Positions 38,655 through 49,577 of a stretch of 64,000 bases of DNA are shown piece by piece. Each line of letters starts with the position of its first letter. Positions within the stretch are counted from its first letter, which is position 1. The translations under genes and the position numbers were made by a program. The notes under the pieces were generated by a model. That model ran no database searches. It was not told the origin of the DNA and saw only the letters and a list, made by a program, of their open reading frames with translations. The stretch is from an uncultured Chthonomonadaceae bacterium (GTDB lineage: Bacteria; Armatimonadota; Chthonomonadetes; Chthonomonadales; Chthonomonadaceae), in the NCBI GenBank assembly GCA_963835065.1, contig CAWIEK010000015.1, positions 32,001-96,000 on the forward strand, read 5' to 3'.

Positions 38655-39617
38655 TCATGGAAAGCCCGGGGCAGCGCAGACGCGCAGGGCAGCGCAGTCT
38701 ACGCGCAGGCGCACGGGGGTTTGGCCGCACAGGTCGCCATCCAATACAAGAGGCTGCGGGGTAGGGGTTTCAATCGTCACGTCATCCGTGAGAAAGGCGC
38801 GCATATCGGGCATGTGGAAAATGCGGCCATGCTTGACGTTCATCGCCATGTTCAGAAACGAGCGGCGGTGGCGGGCGGGAATGGCGTAGAAGGCAAATTT
38901 GTCTACCGCAAGGTCAACGCCCGGTATTTCCACTTTGCCGCCCATCCAGTAATGTCCCTTGATCACGCCGGCTTGCAGCGCGTCAATGCACTCCTCGGTT
39001 TCGTCGTGCCGGAACGTGATTTTCAGGTTGCGCAGGCTTCGATACGCTAAGACGCTGGCAAGCAGATAGCCGAACGGCCCGCACATCTTCTTTAACTGCG
39101 GCTTGAGCGACAACTGCGACTGCGCGGAAAACCCTAAACTAGCCGTGATAATAAATGGCTCCTCATTGGCCCTGCCGATGTCTATCAGCGCGGTATGGCC
39201 TTCGGCAATCACTTTGCAGGCCGCTTCCACATTGGCTTCGATCCCCAAATTCCGCGCAAAATCGTTGACGGTTCCCAATGGTAAAACGCCGAGTGTGGCA
39301 TCCGTATGCGCGAGCAGCCCGGCAGCCGTGCGAAACGTGCCGTCTCCTCCCCCGATAATAATCAATTTGGCTCCGGCTTTGAGGTCGCTTTTAATTACGT
39401 CGGTGAGTTTGGAAGGGTCTTCCAGTTCATGCGCGTCCTGAAGTTCCACGCCCTGCGTTTTAAGGCAGTCTACCGTCGGCTGATACCACTCTTTGCCCCG
39501 GCGGGACTTGGTGTTGACGATCAGCGTGGCGGGACGAAGCGCCACCTCCGTTGGCGTAGACTGTTCGGCTTCTGACGCCTTCGTTGGCGGTTCGCGGAGC
39601 ATGGAGTCTGTTGTCAT
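38655..39617 (-). CDS. Diacylglycerol kinase family lipid kinase (YegS/BmrU-like)
   Basis: LIVNTKS; GGGDGT; LPLGTVNDFARNL; LDGD. Confidence 0.9.
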   Translation of the reverse strand: MTTDSMLREPPTKASEAEQSTPTEVALRPATLIVNTKSRRGKEWYQPTVDCLKTQGVELQDAHELEDPSKLTDVIKSDLKAGAKLIIIGGGDGTFRTAAGLLAHTDATLGVLPLGTVNDFARNLGIEANVEAACKVIAEGHTALIDIGRANEEPFIITASLGFSAQSQLSLKPQLKKMCGPFGYLLASVLAYRSLRNLKITFRHDETEECIDALQAGVIKGHYWMGGKVEIPGVDLAVDKFAFYAIPARHRRSFLNMAMNVKHGRIFHMPDMRAFLTDDVTIETPTPQPLVLDGDLCGQTPVRLRVDCAALRVCAAPGFP

Positions 39618-39979
39618 AGTTTGCCAGGCCCTCACAAGTGCCTGCGAATAAAGCGTGTTAAGATGCGACTGAATAGACAGCGCAATCAGCAAGGAGACTG
39701 AGTTTAATCTTCCATCGTCCGAAAGACGTATCTGTAGGGCGAAATGTTCGGCAATGTCGGGCGGGCAGAAAACATACCGAACTTTGTCAATGTTCGATAG
39801 AAGCAGTAGTGTGGTATTTTCAGAAATGTTTTAATGGGAAGAGGCGCTCACGGCATCGAACCGGACGTTGCCTGAAACTCTAAAATTAATTTGCGTGATT
39901 TTGCCGCTTATTGGTTCTTGTCGGCAGTGAGTAAGCAGAACCCGCCGTTTCACCACTGTTTGCAGGGAGACAACGCGCC

Positions 39980-40822
39980 ATGAGCGAAACTGCCACACCC
40001 ACCGAACACACGCAGACGATTTTTGCCTTTATTCAACAAGGCGACACCGAAGCAATCGCACAACTTCTGGACGCCGATCCGATGCTGGTTCATGCGCGAC
40101 ACGCCGACCCCAATCTTCACCACTGGACAACGCTGCAATTCGCCGCCTCCGAGGGGCAACTTGCCGCCTGCCGGTTGTTAGTGGAGCGCGGGGCGGAAGT
40201 CTACACGAACCCGATGGCGACATACCCGCCCGTGATTCAGGCGGCATGGAAAGGCCATCAGGACGTGGTGGACTACTTCCTCAACGAAATCCCGGATAAA
40301 GCGGAGGGGACAAACGGGCTGGGCGTGGCAATCAACCTTGCGGGGCGGGAAGGGTGGATCGAAATTGTGCGCAGGCACATCGAAGCCGATCCGTTGAGCG
40401 TTCATCAGCGCGGCTGGATTGGCGACACGCCGCTGCACTGGCCTGCCCACAACGGGTACATCGAAATCGTCCGCCTGCTCCTGGAACACGGGGCCGATGT
40501 GAGGGCGCATGAAATCAACTGGATCGGTGGAACGCCGCTGCACTGGGCCAGCGAACGCCATCCTGACATCGTCCAACTGCTCATTGACGCCGGGGCAGAC
40601 GTAAACGCCCGCGTGGTTCGTCCCGGTTCGCATCACTTGGGCGGAACGCCGCTGCACTGGTGCGCCCGTCAGAAGGACGACTGCGCCGAAGTCATAGCCG
40701 TCCTGCTCGAAAACGGCGGCGACCTGGCCTTGACCGACGCTTTCGGCAAGACCGCTCTACAATACGCCGAAGCAGCCGGACACGCCCGCGTCGCCGAAGT
40801 CCTACGCTCGAACGCCGTGTGA
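39980..40822 (+). CDS. Ankyrin repeat protein
   Basis: Repeated G(D/G)TPLHW motifs and LL..GADV. Confidence 0.9.
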   Translation: MSETATPTEHTQTIFAFIQQGDTEAIAQLLDADPMLVHARHADPNLHHWTTLQFAASEGQLAACRLLVERGAEVYTNPMATYPPVIQAAWKGHQDVVDYFLNEIPDKAEGTNGLGVAINLAGREGWIEIVRRHIEADPLSVHQRGWIGDTPLHWPAHNGYIEIVRLLLEHGADVRAHEINWIGGTPLHWASERHPDIVQLLIDAGADVNARVVRPGSHHLGGTPLHWCARQKDDCAEVIAVLLENGGDLALTDAFGKTALQYAEAAGHARVAEVLRSNAV

Positions 40823-41033
40823 CGCAAACCCAAAGCGTTTCAACAGCTATTTTCCACAACGGCAATAATACGGCTGATCGCGCTGGACAAGCACAATCAG
40901 CCGTTCTTTGCTTAAAAGGGCGGTTTCAACAACTGCAATACATTCGACAGGAGTAAAGCGGAAAATTCAAGGAGGAAAAAGAGAATATTTTGGTGAACAT
41001 AATGCCAATACTCAAACGATAGGGAGAACTTCA

Positions 41034-41585
41034 ATGAACGTCTGGAAATTAATTCTTCATCACGAGAAGGACGTGAATGGCGATGTCATAGACCCGGAAA
41101 TTCGACAGAAAATGCTAAGTTGGTCGCTCGACCAAAAACGTATTGCTATTGGATGGGGGAAAATTGGAGACATTGCAAAATATGCTGAATTTGATGACCC
41201 ATCCGAACGGATTGCTCAAGAAATAGGCAGCAAATACCCTCATGTTGGCTCCCGCAATAGGGAACATGGCGGTTACAGCCTATGGAACTTCTTTCACGTA
41301 GTTAAAGAGGGGGATTTAGTCATACTTGTTGGTAAAGGTTCCCATCGAAAAGCGGTGATGCGGATTGGTGATGAGGATGTGAAGAATGGCGACTATTTCT
41401 GGGAGCCAGAAGAACAGCCCTCTTTTTCCGACTACCAGCACCAGCGGAGAGCAACAAAAATAGGTGGTCACAAAGAAGCAAATAAAATATGGAATGACTG
41501 GAAGAACGGTTGTCTTGGCCTTGAAGGTGGCTCACATTGCACGTTGACACGATTGATCTTGAATGAAGAATACCGATTTCCATGA
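41034..41585 (+). CDS. AT-rich hypothetical protein resembling restriction-enzyme-associated (McrB/Mrr N-terminal) domain
   Basis: IAIGWGKIGD...LWNFFHVVKEGDLVIL...GDYFW...HQRR; atypical codon usage. Confidence 0.55.
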   Translation: MNVWKLILHHEKDVNGDVIDPEIRQKMLSWSLDQKRIAIGWGKIGDIAKYAEFDDPSERIAQEIGSKYPHVGSRNREHGGYSLWNFFHVVKEGDLVILVGKGSHRKAVMRIGDEDVKNGDYFWEPEEQPSFSDYQHQRRATKIGGHKEANKIWNDWKNGCLGLEGGSHCTLTRLILNEEYRFP

Positions 41586-41744
41586 TGGGAATCATGCAAC
41601 AATCGGCACACAGTAACTACAGCAAAGAATTCATCCTTCCTTCTTTTTATGCAGTGCCTTGCCTCGGCCCGTAGGTGACTTACGGGGAGTATGCACTGGT
41701 AAAGGACAAGTTCTTTCGACTGCGCAAGGTGAGTTCGTGTTTCG

Positions 41745-42058
41745 TCAGGCAAGCAGTTCCGACCACGTTTCCACTTCCAGCAGGCGATACAGAAGTTGTT
41801 CCAGAGGTTCCAGATCGGTGAGACATTGCAGAATGTTCAGGGTTTCCGCGTCGGGTTCTCCGAACTTCTTACGTCCCAGGCGAAGAAGCCATTTTCGCGC
41901 TGTCTCGGCGCTCCGCAACTTGGCGGTCCTATGGCTTCACCTTTCGCGAGAATATCCTGATAGGTGACGGATTCCTCCAGGAAGGCGGGGAATGATGTTG
42001 ACAAGAAGTAGGCGCATAATTCTTCCAAAGCTCTGACTCCTTTGAGCAGCTCTCCCGC
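41745..42058 (-). pseudogene. Second, diverged copy of the Rpn C-terminal module
   Basis: AGELLKGVRALEE..LEESVTYQDILAKGEA, then frame-shifted ARKWLLRLGRKKFGEPDAETLNILQCLTDLEPLEQLLYRLLEVETWSELLA*. Confidence 0.75.
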
Positions 42059-42063
42059 TTTTG

Positions 42064-42931
42064 TCAGGCGAAGCAATTCCGACCATGTTTCCACTTCAAA
42101 CAAGCGTTCCAGAAGTTGTTCCAAACGTTCCAAACTGGTGGGGCTTTGCAATATGCTCAGGATTGTTGCGTCCGGCTCACCCAGGCGTTTGCGTCCGAAA
42201 TGCAGCAACAGTTTACGCGCCTCGCCCGCCTCACCTTCGGCACGTCCCTTGGCTTCACCTTTAGCTTCACCTTTGGCGAGAATATCCTGATACGTGACTG
42301 ATTCTTCCAAAGCTATCACTCCTTTCAGCAATGCGGCTGCTTCTTCGAGCGGGTAACGCACACCCATCAGTAGATACGTTGATGTCCACAAATGATCTGC
42401 TTCGGAAGCCGTTGCTTCCTGCTGAATACGGCTTTCCATGCTCCGTATCACGTCGGGCAAGCGGTCTGCGGCTTCATCGGTGAGCGGGGCCAGTGGCAAG
42501 GCTGCCAGATCGCCGCGCAACAACTCGTCGAGAGGCAACTCCCACACCCGTATGATACGATAACGAAACGACAGCAAACCATCTGGAGCCGTAGCATAGT
42601 CCACCCGGCCAGTCATGCGCGGGCCGTCTGCTGAGGGACGCATCAGGAAAATCACGCTTTGCACCGGCAGGTCGTGTTGATAGTATACCAAAACATTGTA
42701 GCGCAAAGTACGATCCGGCAGATCAGGCTTATATTTGACCTGAAACTCTATGTGAGTCAGGTAAGGATTGGGGGTATTGACGCGCAATACGCGGTCAGCT
42801 TCCGTGCTGACGGTGGCAAGGTCCGTGTTGAGGAGTTCGGTCGGGCCAACGGGAAGACCGGCCAGACGTATCCATGCTTCCGGGTCGGCCTCTACGAGTT
42901 CTTTCGTTGTGACATCATACGGTTTTGACAA
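42064..42931 (-). CDS. Rpn family (RpnC/YadD, PD-(D/E)XK) nuclease / putative transposase
   Basis: KPYDVTTKELVE; ADRVL; HIEFQ; YRIIRVWE; LPLAPL; LEESVTYQDIL; GEAKG repeats. Likely true stop at 42064, with a 1-nt insertion just before it by comparison with the second copy. Confidence 0.85.
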
Positions 42932-43150
42932 TTAGGTTGCGCCCCCGGTAACATTGAAGTTCAGCAACCGTGCCGGAGAAACCATCCGTGAAAAGTTGCC
43001 GTGTTTCGGGGACGGCAAGAGCGTTCCCCCGCTTTGGTCAGGAAGCGTTGCAAGACACGCGGCGAGGCAGGCACGGTTTCGGCCAAGTTTTCCGCGTTAC
43101 GGCGTTCTTGGGGTTGCACCAAACAGGTCACGGCTAAATGAGGTTTGTAT

Positions 43151-44068
43151 CTATGTATTTGCAGGTCTAATAGTAAGCAGTGCTTTTACAGCCGAAGGAC
43201 AGGCCGGGTTCGCTTTCACCGCAGCCGCTGCCATAACATCAACCAGTGCGCGACATTCATATTTTCCTGTTGCCAGCAGCTCGCGGAAGGATTTGATACG
43301 GGATACTGACCAGAGCATACAGGCGATCAACGGTGTTGGAGAAGCATCAATCAATCTTTTTGCGGAGGGATACAGGCGGTATCCTAACCCCTTGATAATT
43401 GCGAAGCCTCCATGCACCCCGCGAGCGACGGCCATCGCCTCCGCCCATGAAGCGCCGTTGCCTCGCTGTTGACCAAGAACCGATATACTTTCCATAGCGA
43501 TGCACATGGGAACGTGACAGCGTAGCCAAAGCGGCATGTCCGCTTCAAAGGCCGATGGTATGCCCGCGCCGGCAAATAGCTTTACCCATCGTTGGTCACT
43601 GTGAAGGGTTTTCCGACTTGAACTGACGGTGAAATTGAGATTGCCATCCTGCTCCAGCGTAGCCATCACGAACGGCATACCGAAGGTGCAACGATGCTCG
43701 CCCATTGCGTTTTGTAGATGCTCAGGGGTGAAGGTGTTGAACATGAAATGAACGTATTGGGCTTTGCTGCGCTGCAAAGCCGGGAGCAGAACTTCGACTT
43801 GATGGGCGGCAGTCGTTACTACCACAAGGTCGTAGGTAGCCTGCTCGTCCAGCGTATCGGCAACGCGCGTCTCCGCCCGTTCGCCGGTTTTACTTACAAT
43901 GCCACCGTCGCGTTGTAGTTGCTGGAAACGTATGGAACCTGGCCGCGCAACAACGGTCACATCATGCCCCGCCCGCGCGAGATGGTATGCGAATGTGCTT
44001 CCAATACTGCCGACACCGATGAGCGCGATTGATAAAGGCGAATTGGTTAGAAGCGGGACTTTAGGCAT
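43151..44068 (-). CDS. Ketopantoate reductase (PanE/ApbA) family oxidoreductase
   Basis: IALIGVGSIGS..AYHLARAGHDVTVVAR; YDLVVVT. Confidence 0.8.
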   Translation of the reverse strand: MPKVPLLTNSPLSIALIGVGSIGSTFAYHLARAGHDVTVVARPGSIRFQQLQRDGGIVSKTGERAETRVADTLDEQATYDLVVVTTAAHQVEVLLPALQRSKAQYVHFMFNTFTPEHLQNAMGEHRCTFGMPFVMATLEQDGNLNFTVSSSRKTLHSDQRWVKLFAGAGIPSAFEADMPLWLRCHVPMCIAMESISVLGQQRGNGASWAEAMAVARGVHGGFAIIKGLGYRLYPSAKRLIDASPTPLIACMLWSVSRIKSFRELLATGKYECRALVDVMAAAAVKANPACPSAVKALLTIRPANT

Positions 44069-44209
44069 ATATTGCTTTCAGGAGTTATAGCATTCAAACG
44101 GATGCTTCACGCACTTGTGCTTTACCATCGTTGGCATGGGCTTGGAAACTCATTATACCCCGCAAGCACGTTGACATAGATTTACGGACTTGTTTGTTAA
44201 TGTGAAAAC

Positions 44210-44235
44210 GCCCCGGATCGGTGCTGATCCGGGGC
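44210..44235. terminator. GC-rich hairpin, probable terminator
   Basis: gccccggatc-ggtgct-gatccggggc, T-run on the minus strand. Confidence 0.6.
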
Positions 44236-44557
44236 ACTCACTTGTTGTACGGAAAACCTTGCATCGGCGGCAGCGGCATAGTCCACCCGACCTGCAAAAA
44301 AGAAAAAACCGCACAACGCGAAAAAAGGTGAACCCTTTGCTCTGTACAGCCGTCTAAATAGTAGAATACAGTCTAGTGTTCAAATGTTAGACACAGGAAG
44401 GGAGGTGCAAGCCTATGTTTCACCCCTCCCGTTCGCCCTGACGCTGCCGAGGCCATGACGCCTCTCTCCTACAACTTGACACAACGAGACATCGGGCTGG
44501 AAGCGCTGCATTGCCAAGATTTCGACGATGCCTCTACATACTCTTATCTCCTATCTC

Positions 44558-47500
44558 TTATTTCTCCTCCTTCGACCTTTGCTTTCGCCGGAAGGTGACG
44601 TACAGCAGGGGTACGAAGAACAGGGTGAACAGCGTGGAGAAGCTGAGGCCGCCGATGACGGCGACGGCGAGCGGCTTTTGCATTTCGGCTCCCGCGCCTA
44701 GTCCGAGCGCGAGAGGGACGAGGCCAAAATGGCCGTCAGGGTTGTCATCAGAATGGGGCGGAGGCGCACTTCTGCGGCGTGGACGACCGCTTCTTCCAAT
44801 CCCATGCCGTTTAGTTCGCCCTTTTGCGCCTGATCCAGCAGCAGGATTCCGTTCTTCACGACGATGCCCACGAGCATGATTGCGCCCATGAACGAACTGA
44901 CGTTTAAGGCGGTGTGCGTTGTCCATAGTCCGAGCGTGACGCCGAACAGGGAAAGGGGCATGACGAGGAGAATCACGAGCGGGGCGGTGAAGTTGCGGAA
45001 TTGGAACAGCATCACGGCGAACACGAGCAGTATCGCCAATCCAAGCACTTCCAGCAGGTTGCGGAACGATTCCGTCTGGCTTTGCGCCTGACCCGCCAGC
45101 ACATACGTGACGCCGGAGGGCAGGGGAGTGCGTTTCATCAGGGTAGAAACGTCCCGCATTGCGCTGCCCAGATCGCGGTTGTCCAATCGCCCCGAAACCG
45201 ACACGACGCGGCGCTGATCTTCGCGGTTGATTTCCGTCGTGCCGGGTACGGTTTCAATCTGGCCCAATGAGGTAAGCGGCAGGTTGAAGCCGCCGGGGGC
45301 GCGGATGGGAAGCAGCGCCATTTGCGTTTTGTCGGCGCGAAACGCAAGCGGGTAGCGAACCCGAACCCCGATTTGCCGATCTCCCTGCAATAACTGCGTG
45401 ACGGTATCGCCAAACATAGCCGCGTTCGCTTGGTCGGCGACGGCGTTCGTGGTCAGGCCAACGCGCCCCGCTTTAAGCGGATCAATACGCGCTACCAGTT
45501 CCGGCCCGGTTTCCACGACGCCGGATTTTACGTCTACCACGCCCTGAATTTTGCCCAATTTGTCGGACAGGCTTTTGGCAAGCGCCATCAATTTTGTCTG
45601 GTCTTCGCCGAACAGTTTAATCTCAATCGGGGCGGGAGCGCCGGACAGGTCGCCAATCAAGTCCTGCAAAATCTGCGAGAAATCAACGTCTATTCCCGCC
45701 ACATCTTCTTTGATTTTGCCGCGTATGTCGTCAATCACGGCATCAATGCTCTTTTTGCGATCCTGCTTCAGCACAACGGCGAAGTCGCCCGTGTTCGAAC
45801 TCGTGTATCTCGAAGCCCAGCCCGGCTCCCGTGCGGCGGGAATAACCGGCCACTTCGGGCGTTTCGTGAAGAATGGCCTCGATCTGCCGCAATACGCGAT
45901 CCCCCTCCACCAGACTCGTGCCGGGCGGGAGAACATAATCCAGCACGAACGCGCCCTCGTCCATTTCGGGCATCAGGCCGGTTTGCAAATGCCCGCCCAT
46001 CCACACGGTCGCGCCGATAATGGCAACCGCGCCGATGGGAAGCAGCCATTTGTGATGCAGCGTAAAGCGCAGCAGTTTTTCGTACAAGCGCAAAAACCGC
46101 TCGAACAAGCGGCCATGCTCCTGCGCCCCCGCCCGCGTTTTCAGAAACGCCGCGCACAGGGTCGGGCTTACCAGCAGGGCAAGAACAAGCGACACGAGCA
46201 GGGCAATGGTCAGCGTCACGGCAAGCGCGGTGAAAAACGCGCCGTACACGCCCGCCACCAGCACAAGCGGCAGAAACACGACAACCGTTGTCAGCGTCGA
46301 AGAGATCATCGGCACGGCAATCTCCTGCGCCGCCAATTGAACCGCGTCTTCCCGACTCGTGCCCGCCGCCAGATGCCGAAACACGTTTTCCACAACCACA
46401 ATCGCGTCGTCAATCACCAATCCGATGCCGACGGCGAGCGCGCCCAATGTCATCAGGTTCAGCGTCAGCCCGGACAGGCGCATCAGCAGAAACGTAATCA
46501 GAACCGTAGCCGGAATAATCGCCGCCGTGACAAGCGTAGCGCGTAAATCGCCCAAAAACAGCAGCAGCACGACAACCGCCAGAACCGCGCCGATAAGAAC
46601 CGCATCGCGCACGCTGTTGATGGCGTCGTGAATCAGTACGGACTGGTCGTAGAAGGTTCCCACCTGCGTACCGGCAGGAAGCGTTTTGCGCAGGCCGGCG
46701 ATTTCCTGCCGAACGCCCTCCACCACCGTCACCGTATTGGCGTCCGGCTGGCGCGAAATGTTGAGCAGGACGCTTTCCGCGCCGTCAGCCGTGATTACCG
46801 TCGTCGGGTCCTGCGTGGAAGGCGCAACCGTCGCCACCATGCCCAATGTGATAGGAACGCCCGCCCGCTGCGTCACCACGATTTTGCTCAACTGGTCGGC
46901 ATCCGTAATTTCGCCGGAAACAAGCGCCTGAAACTGCTGGTACTGCCGATTGAGAACGCCAACGGAGCGTACGATGTTGGACTGCTGCAGCGCCTGCTCC
47001 ACATCCAGCAGGGACAATTTATACGCGGCCAGTTTTTGCGGGTTGACCTGTACGGCCATTTCGGGGATGCGCCCGCCCTGCACGTTCACGCGGGCAACGC
47101 CGGGTACGCGGGTCAGCAGGGGCTTGAGCGTATACGTGGCGTAACTCCACAACTGTGTTTGCGACAGGTGATTGGATTGCAGCGACAGGCCCATGATGGG
47201 AAACACGGTCGGGTTCATGCGCTCCACCCGTACCTGCGTTTCGGGCGGCAGGCTGGGCCGTACCTCGTCCACTTTACCCGTAATCAATTGCTGCGCGGTG
47301 AGCATGTCCGTTCCCCACGCCATGTCAACCGACATTTCGGTTGTGCCCCGCGTAGAATTGGAGCGCAGGCGCGATACATTGGGAACGGTAGAAATCGCTT
47401 CTTCCAGCGGGCGGGTAATCCCGGCAACCATCATGCGCGCAGGCCGCTCGCCCGAATCGGCAATCAGTTTGATGCGCGGAAACGTCACATCCGGCAGAAT

Positions 47501-47605
47501 GGAAACCGGAAACGAGCCAAGCAAAACCGCGCCGATCAAGCACAGCACGACGGTAACGAACAAGACGGCTTTAATGTTGGCCGTAGCAAAGCGGCTGAGG
47601 TTCAT
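44558..47605 (-). CDS. RND efflux permease (AcrB/CusA family), frameshifts near 45800 and 44725
   Basis: Three overlapping ORFs: PDVTFP, GIGLVIDDAIVVVENV, MPEMDEGAF, IGVVVKNGILL-like motif, RLRPILMTT, KPLAVAVIGG. Confidence 0.9.
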
Positions 47606-49484
47606 GGCTTGCCGCCTTTCTCATCTGAGGAGGTGTTTGCCGCGCCGGGTTTGGGAGTATCGGCTTTCTTCGTGTCGGCTTTGTCCGCGTCGGGTTTAGC
47701 CCCGTCAGATTTGGCGTCGCCTTTTGGGTCCGGTTTTGCGCCCGGTTCCGCTTTGGCGTCATCCTTCTTATCGTCTTTCTTATCGTCCTTTTTGCCTGCC
47801 GCGTCCGGCTTGTCGTCACTCCCCGCTTCCGCCGCTTTGGTCTTTGCGCCGTCCGTGAGTTCGTAGTTGCCTACGCTGACGACCTGCTGCCCCGCTTCCA
47901 GTCCACTGAGCAGGGCGATACTGCTGCCGCCCCCAACTTCCGGGCCAACCGTGACCACATGGGCGTGAGCCGTATCATCTTTGGCAACCGTATAAACCGT
48001 CGGCTTGCCGTCCTGCGTGACAACCGCGCTTTTGGGCACGACAACGGCGCGATTGATGCGGCGGAGGACAATATCAGCCGTTGCGAACGCGCCCACGCGC
48101 AGGCTGCCGGGATTGGAAACCGCAATTCGCACCGACAGCAGATTAGTTTGCGGATCAACCTGCCCCACGCTCAAGACTCGCCCCGGAAAGATTTTGCCCG
48201 GAATATCAGACGTGGCTACATGCGCCTCCATGCCCGCTTTTACTTTCAAGCCATCCTCGGCGGGAAGATTGGCGACTAAATTCAAGCCGCGCGTGTTGGA
48301 GATTTCGAGAATGGGCGCGGTCACATCGGCCATATCACCCGCGTTGGCGTTGCGTTTAGTAATCGTGCCGTCAATCGGCGCGACAATCTCGGCGTAATTG
48401 GCGGTTGCCTGCGCCGCCGCATAATCGGCCTGTTTCTGGTTTACCATGTCGCGCATCGCCTGCGCGTCTTGTTGTTTCACGGCGACATTGAGACGGCTGC
48501 GCTCGGCCTGCTGCAAGGCGGCGCGGGCCTGCTGTACGCGGGCATCGCCACCCTTCTGCGCCTGCGCCAGCGTGTCGCGGGCAGCGTCAACGCGCAACTG
48601 CGCGGCGCGCAAATCTTCCTGCCGCGCCCCCGCCCGGAGCAGATTAGCCGCCTGTTGCGAACTTGTCAGGGAGGAGTTGGCGACGGTAAGCGCAGTCTGC
48701 GCGTCGTCGAGTTGGCGTTTGGCGGCAATGCCCTTGTCGAACAAAAATTGAACGCGGGTGAGTTCCGTTTGGGCGCGGTCACGAGTGGCCTGCGCCTGCG
48801 CAATGGTTTGTTCGGCCTGCGCGATTTCCTGCGGACGCGCGCCCGCGCGGGTTTTGGCAAGATCAGTCTGCGCGGATTCCAGCGCGTTTTGCGCCTGCCG
48901 CGCGGACGCTTCCCGATCCAGCGTGGCGGATTCTAAGCAAGCCGCGCCGTCTGCACCGAGCCGGACTGATCCACCTGCGCCGCGCTTGCCGCCAGTCGCG
49001 CGGAACGCGCCTGCGCCTCCGAAGCGACCAGCGCGGCCTGCGCGCTCTTTGCCTGCGCCTGCTGCGGGCGATTGTCTACGACGGCCAGCTTCTGCCCCGC
49101 CCGGACGCGCTCGCCTTCGCGGACATACACGCCAAGCAGCCGTCCCGCAATCGGAGCCGTCACCCGAACATTGCCGCCCTGTCCCGGCGACAGCGTACCC
49201 TGCGCCCCAACTGTAATATCCACAGACTGCACGGTAGAAGCCGCCAATTCCACCGTGACGGGCGCGGCAGTTTCCGCCTCGCCCTTGTCCGCTTCACCGC
49301 CCCCCGCCGCGCCCTTCTTGCCGCACCCGCTCAACAGTAAACCGCAGAAGACGCAGGGGAGCAGGAACCGCGAAAAACGCGAACCAAACGAAAAATAGAA
49401 TACAAAAGGGGAGGGGCCAAAATGGTGTCGCCGCTCAAAAAGTGAAATAGATGTTAAGGATTTCATTGTATTGTTGAACTTCAT
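47602..49484 (-). CDS. RND periplasmic adaptor (MFP) lipoprotein, frameshift near 48935
   Basis: Lipobox LLLSGC; VTAPIAGRL..VREGERV; IVAPIDGTI; VVPKSAVV; K/D-rich tail. Confidence 0.85.
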
Positions 49485-49570
49485 GGTGGATACAATTCTT
49501 GCTTTGTAGCTGTGTTGTTTTCCGTGTATTTTTGGTTCTTTTTTCGTTTGGTTCGTGTGTTTCGCGGTTT
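49366..49570. repeat. Palindromic element (ACCGCGAAA family) overlapping the MFP 5' end
   Basis: aaccgcgaaaaacgcgaaccaaacgaaaaa / tttttcgtttggttcgtgtgtttcgcggtt. Confidence 0.85.
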
Positions 49571-49577
49571 ATCCGAA

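Noticed and set aside
41837..42063. 364-aa Rpn with an internally repeated C-terminus
   Set aside because: The read-through depends on a 1-nt difference from the second copy's LLA-stop; better explained as gene plus separate cassette
44265..44295. Weak resemblance to the 5S rRNA 5' end
   Set aside because: Lacks the conserved CCGAAC and downstream helices; too short
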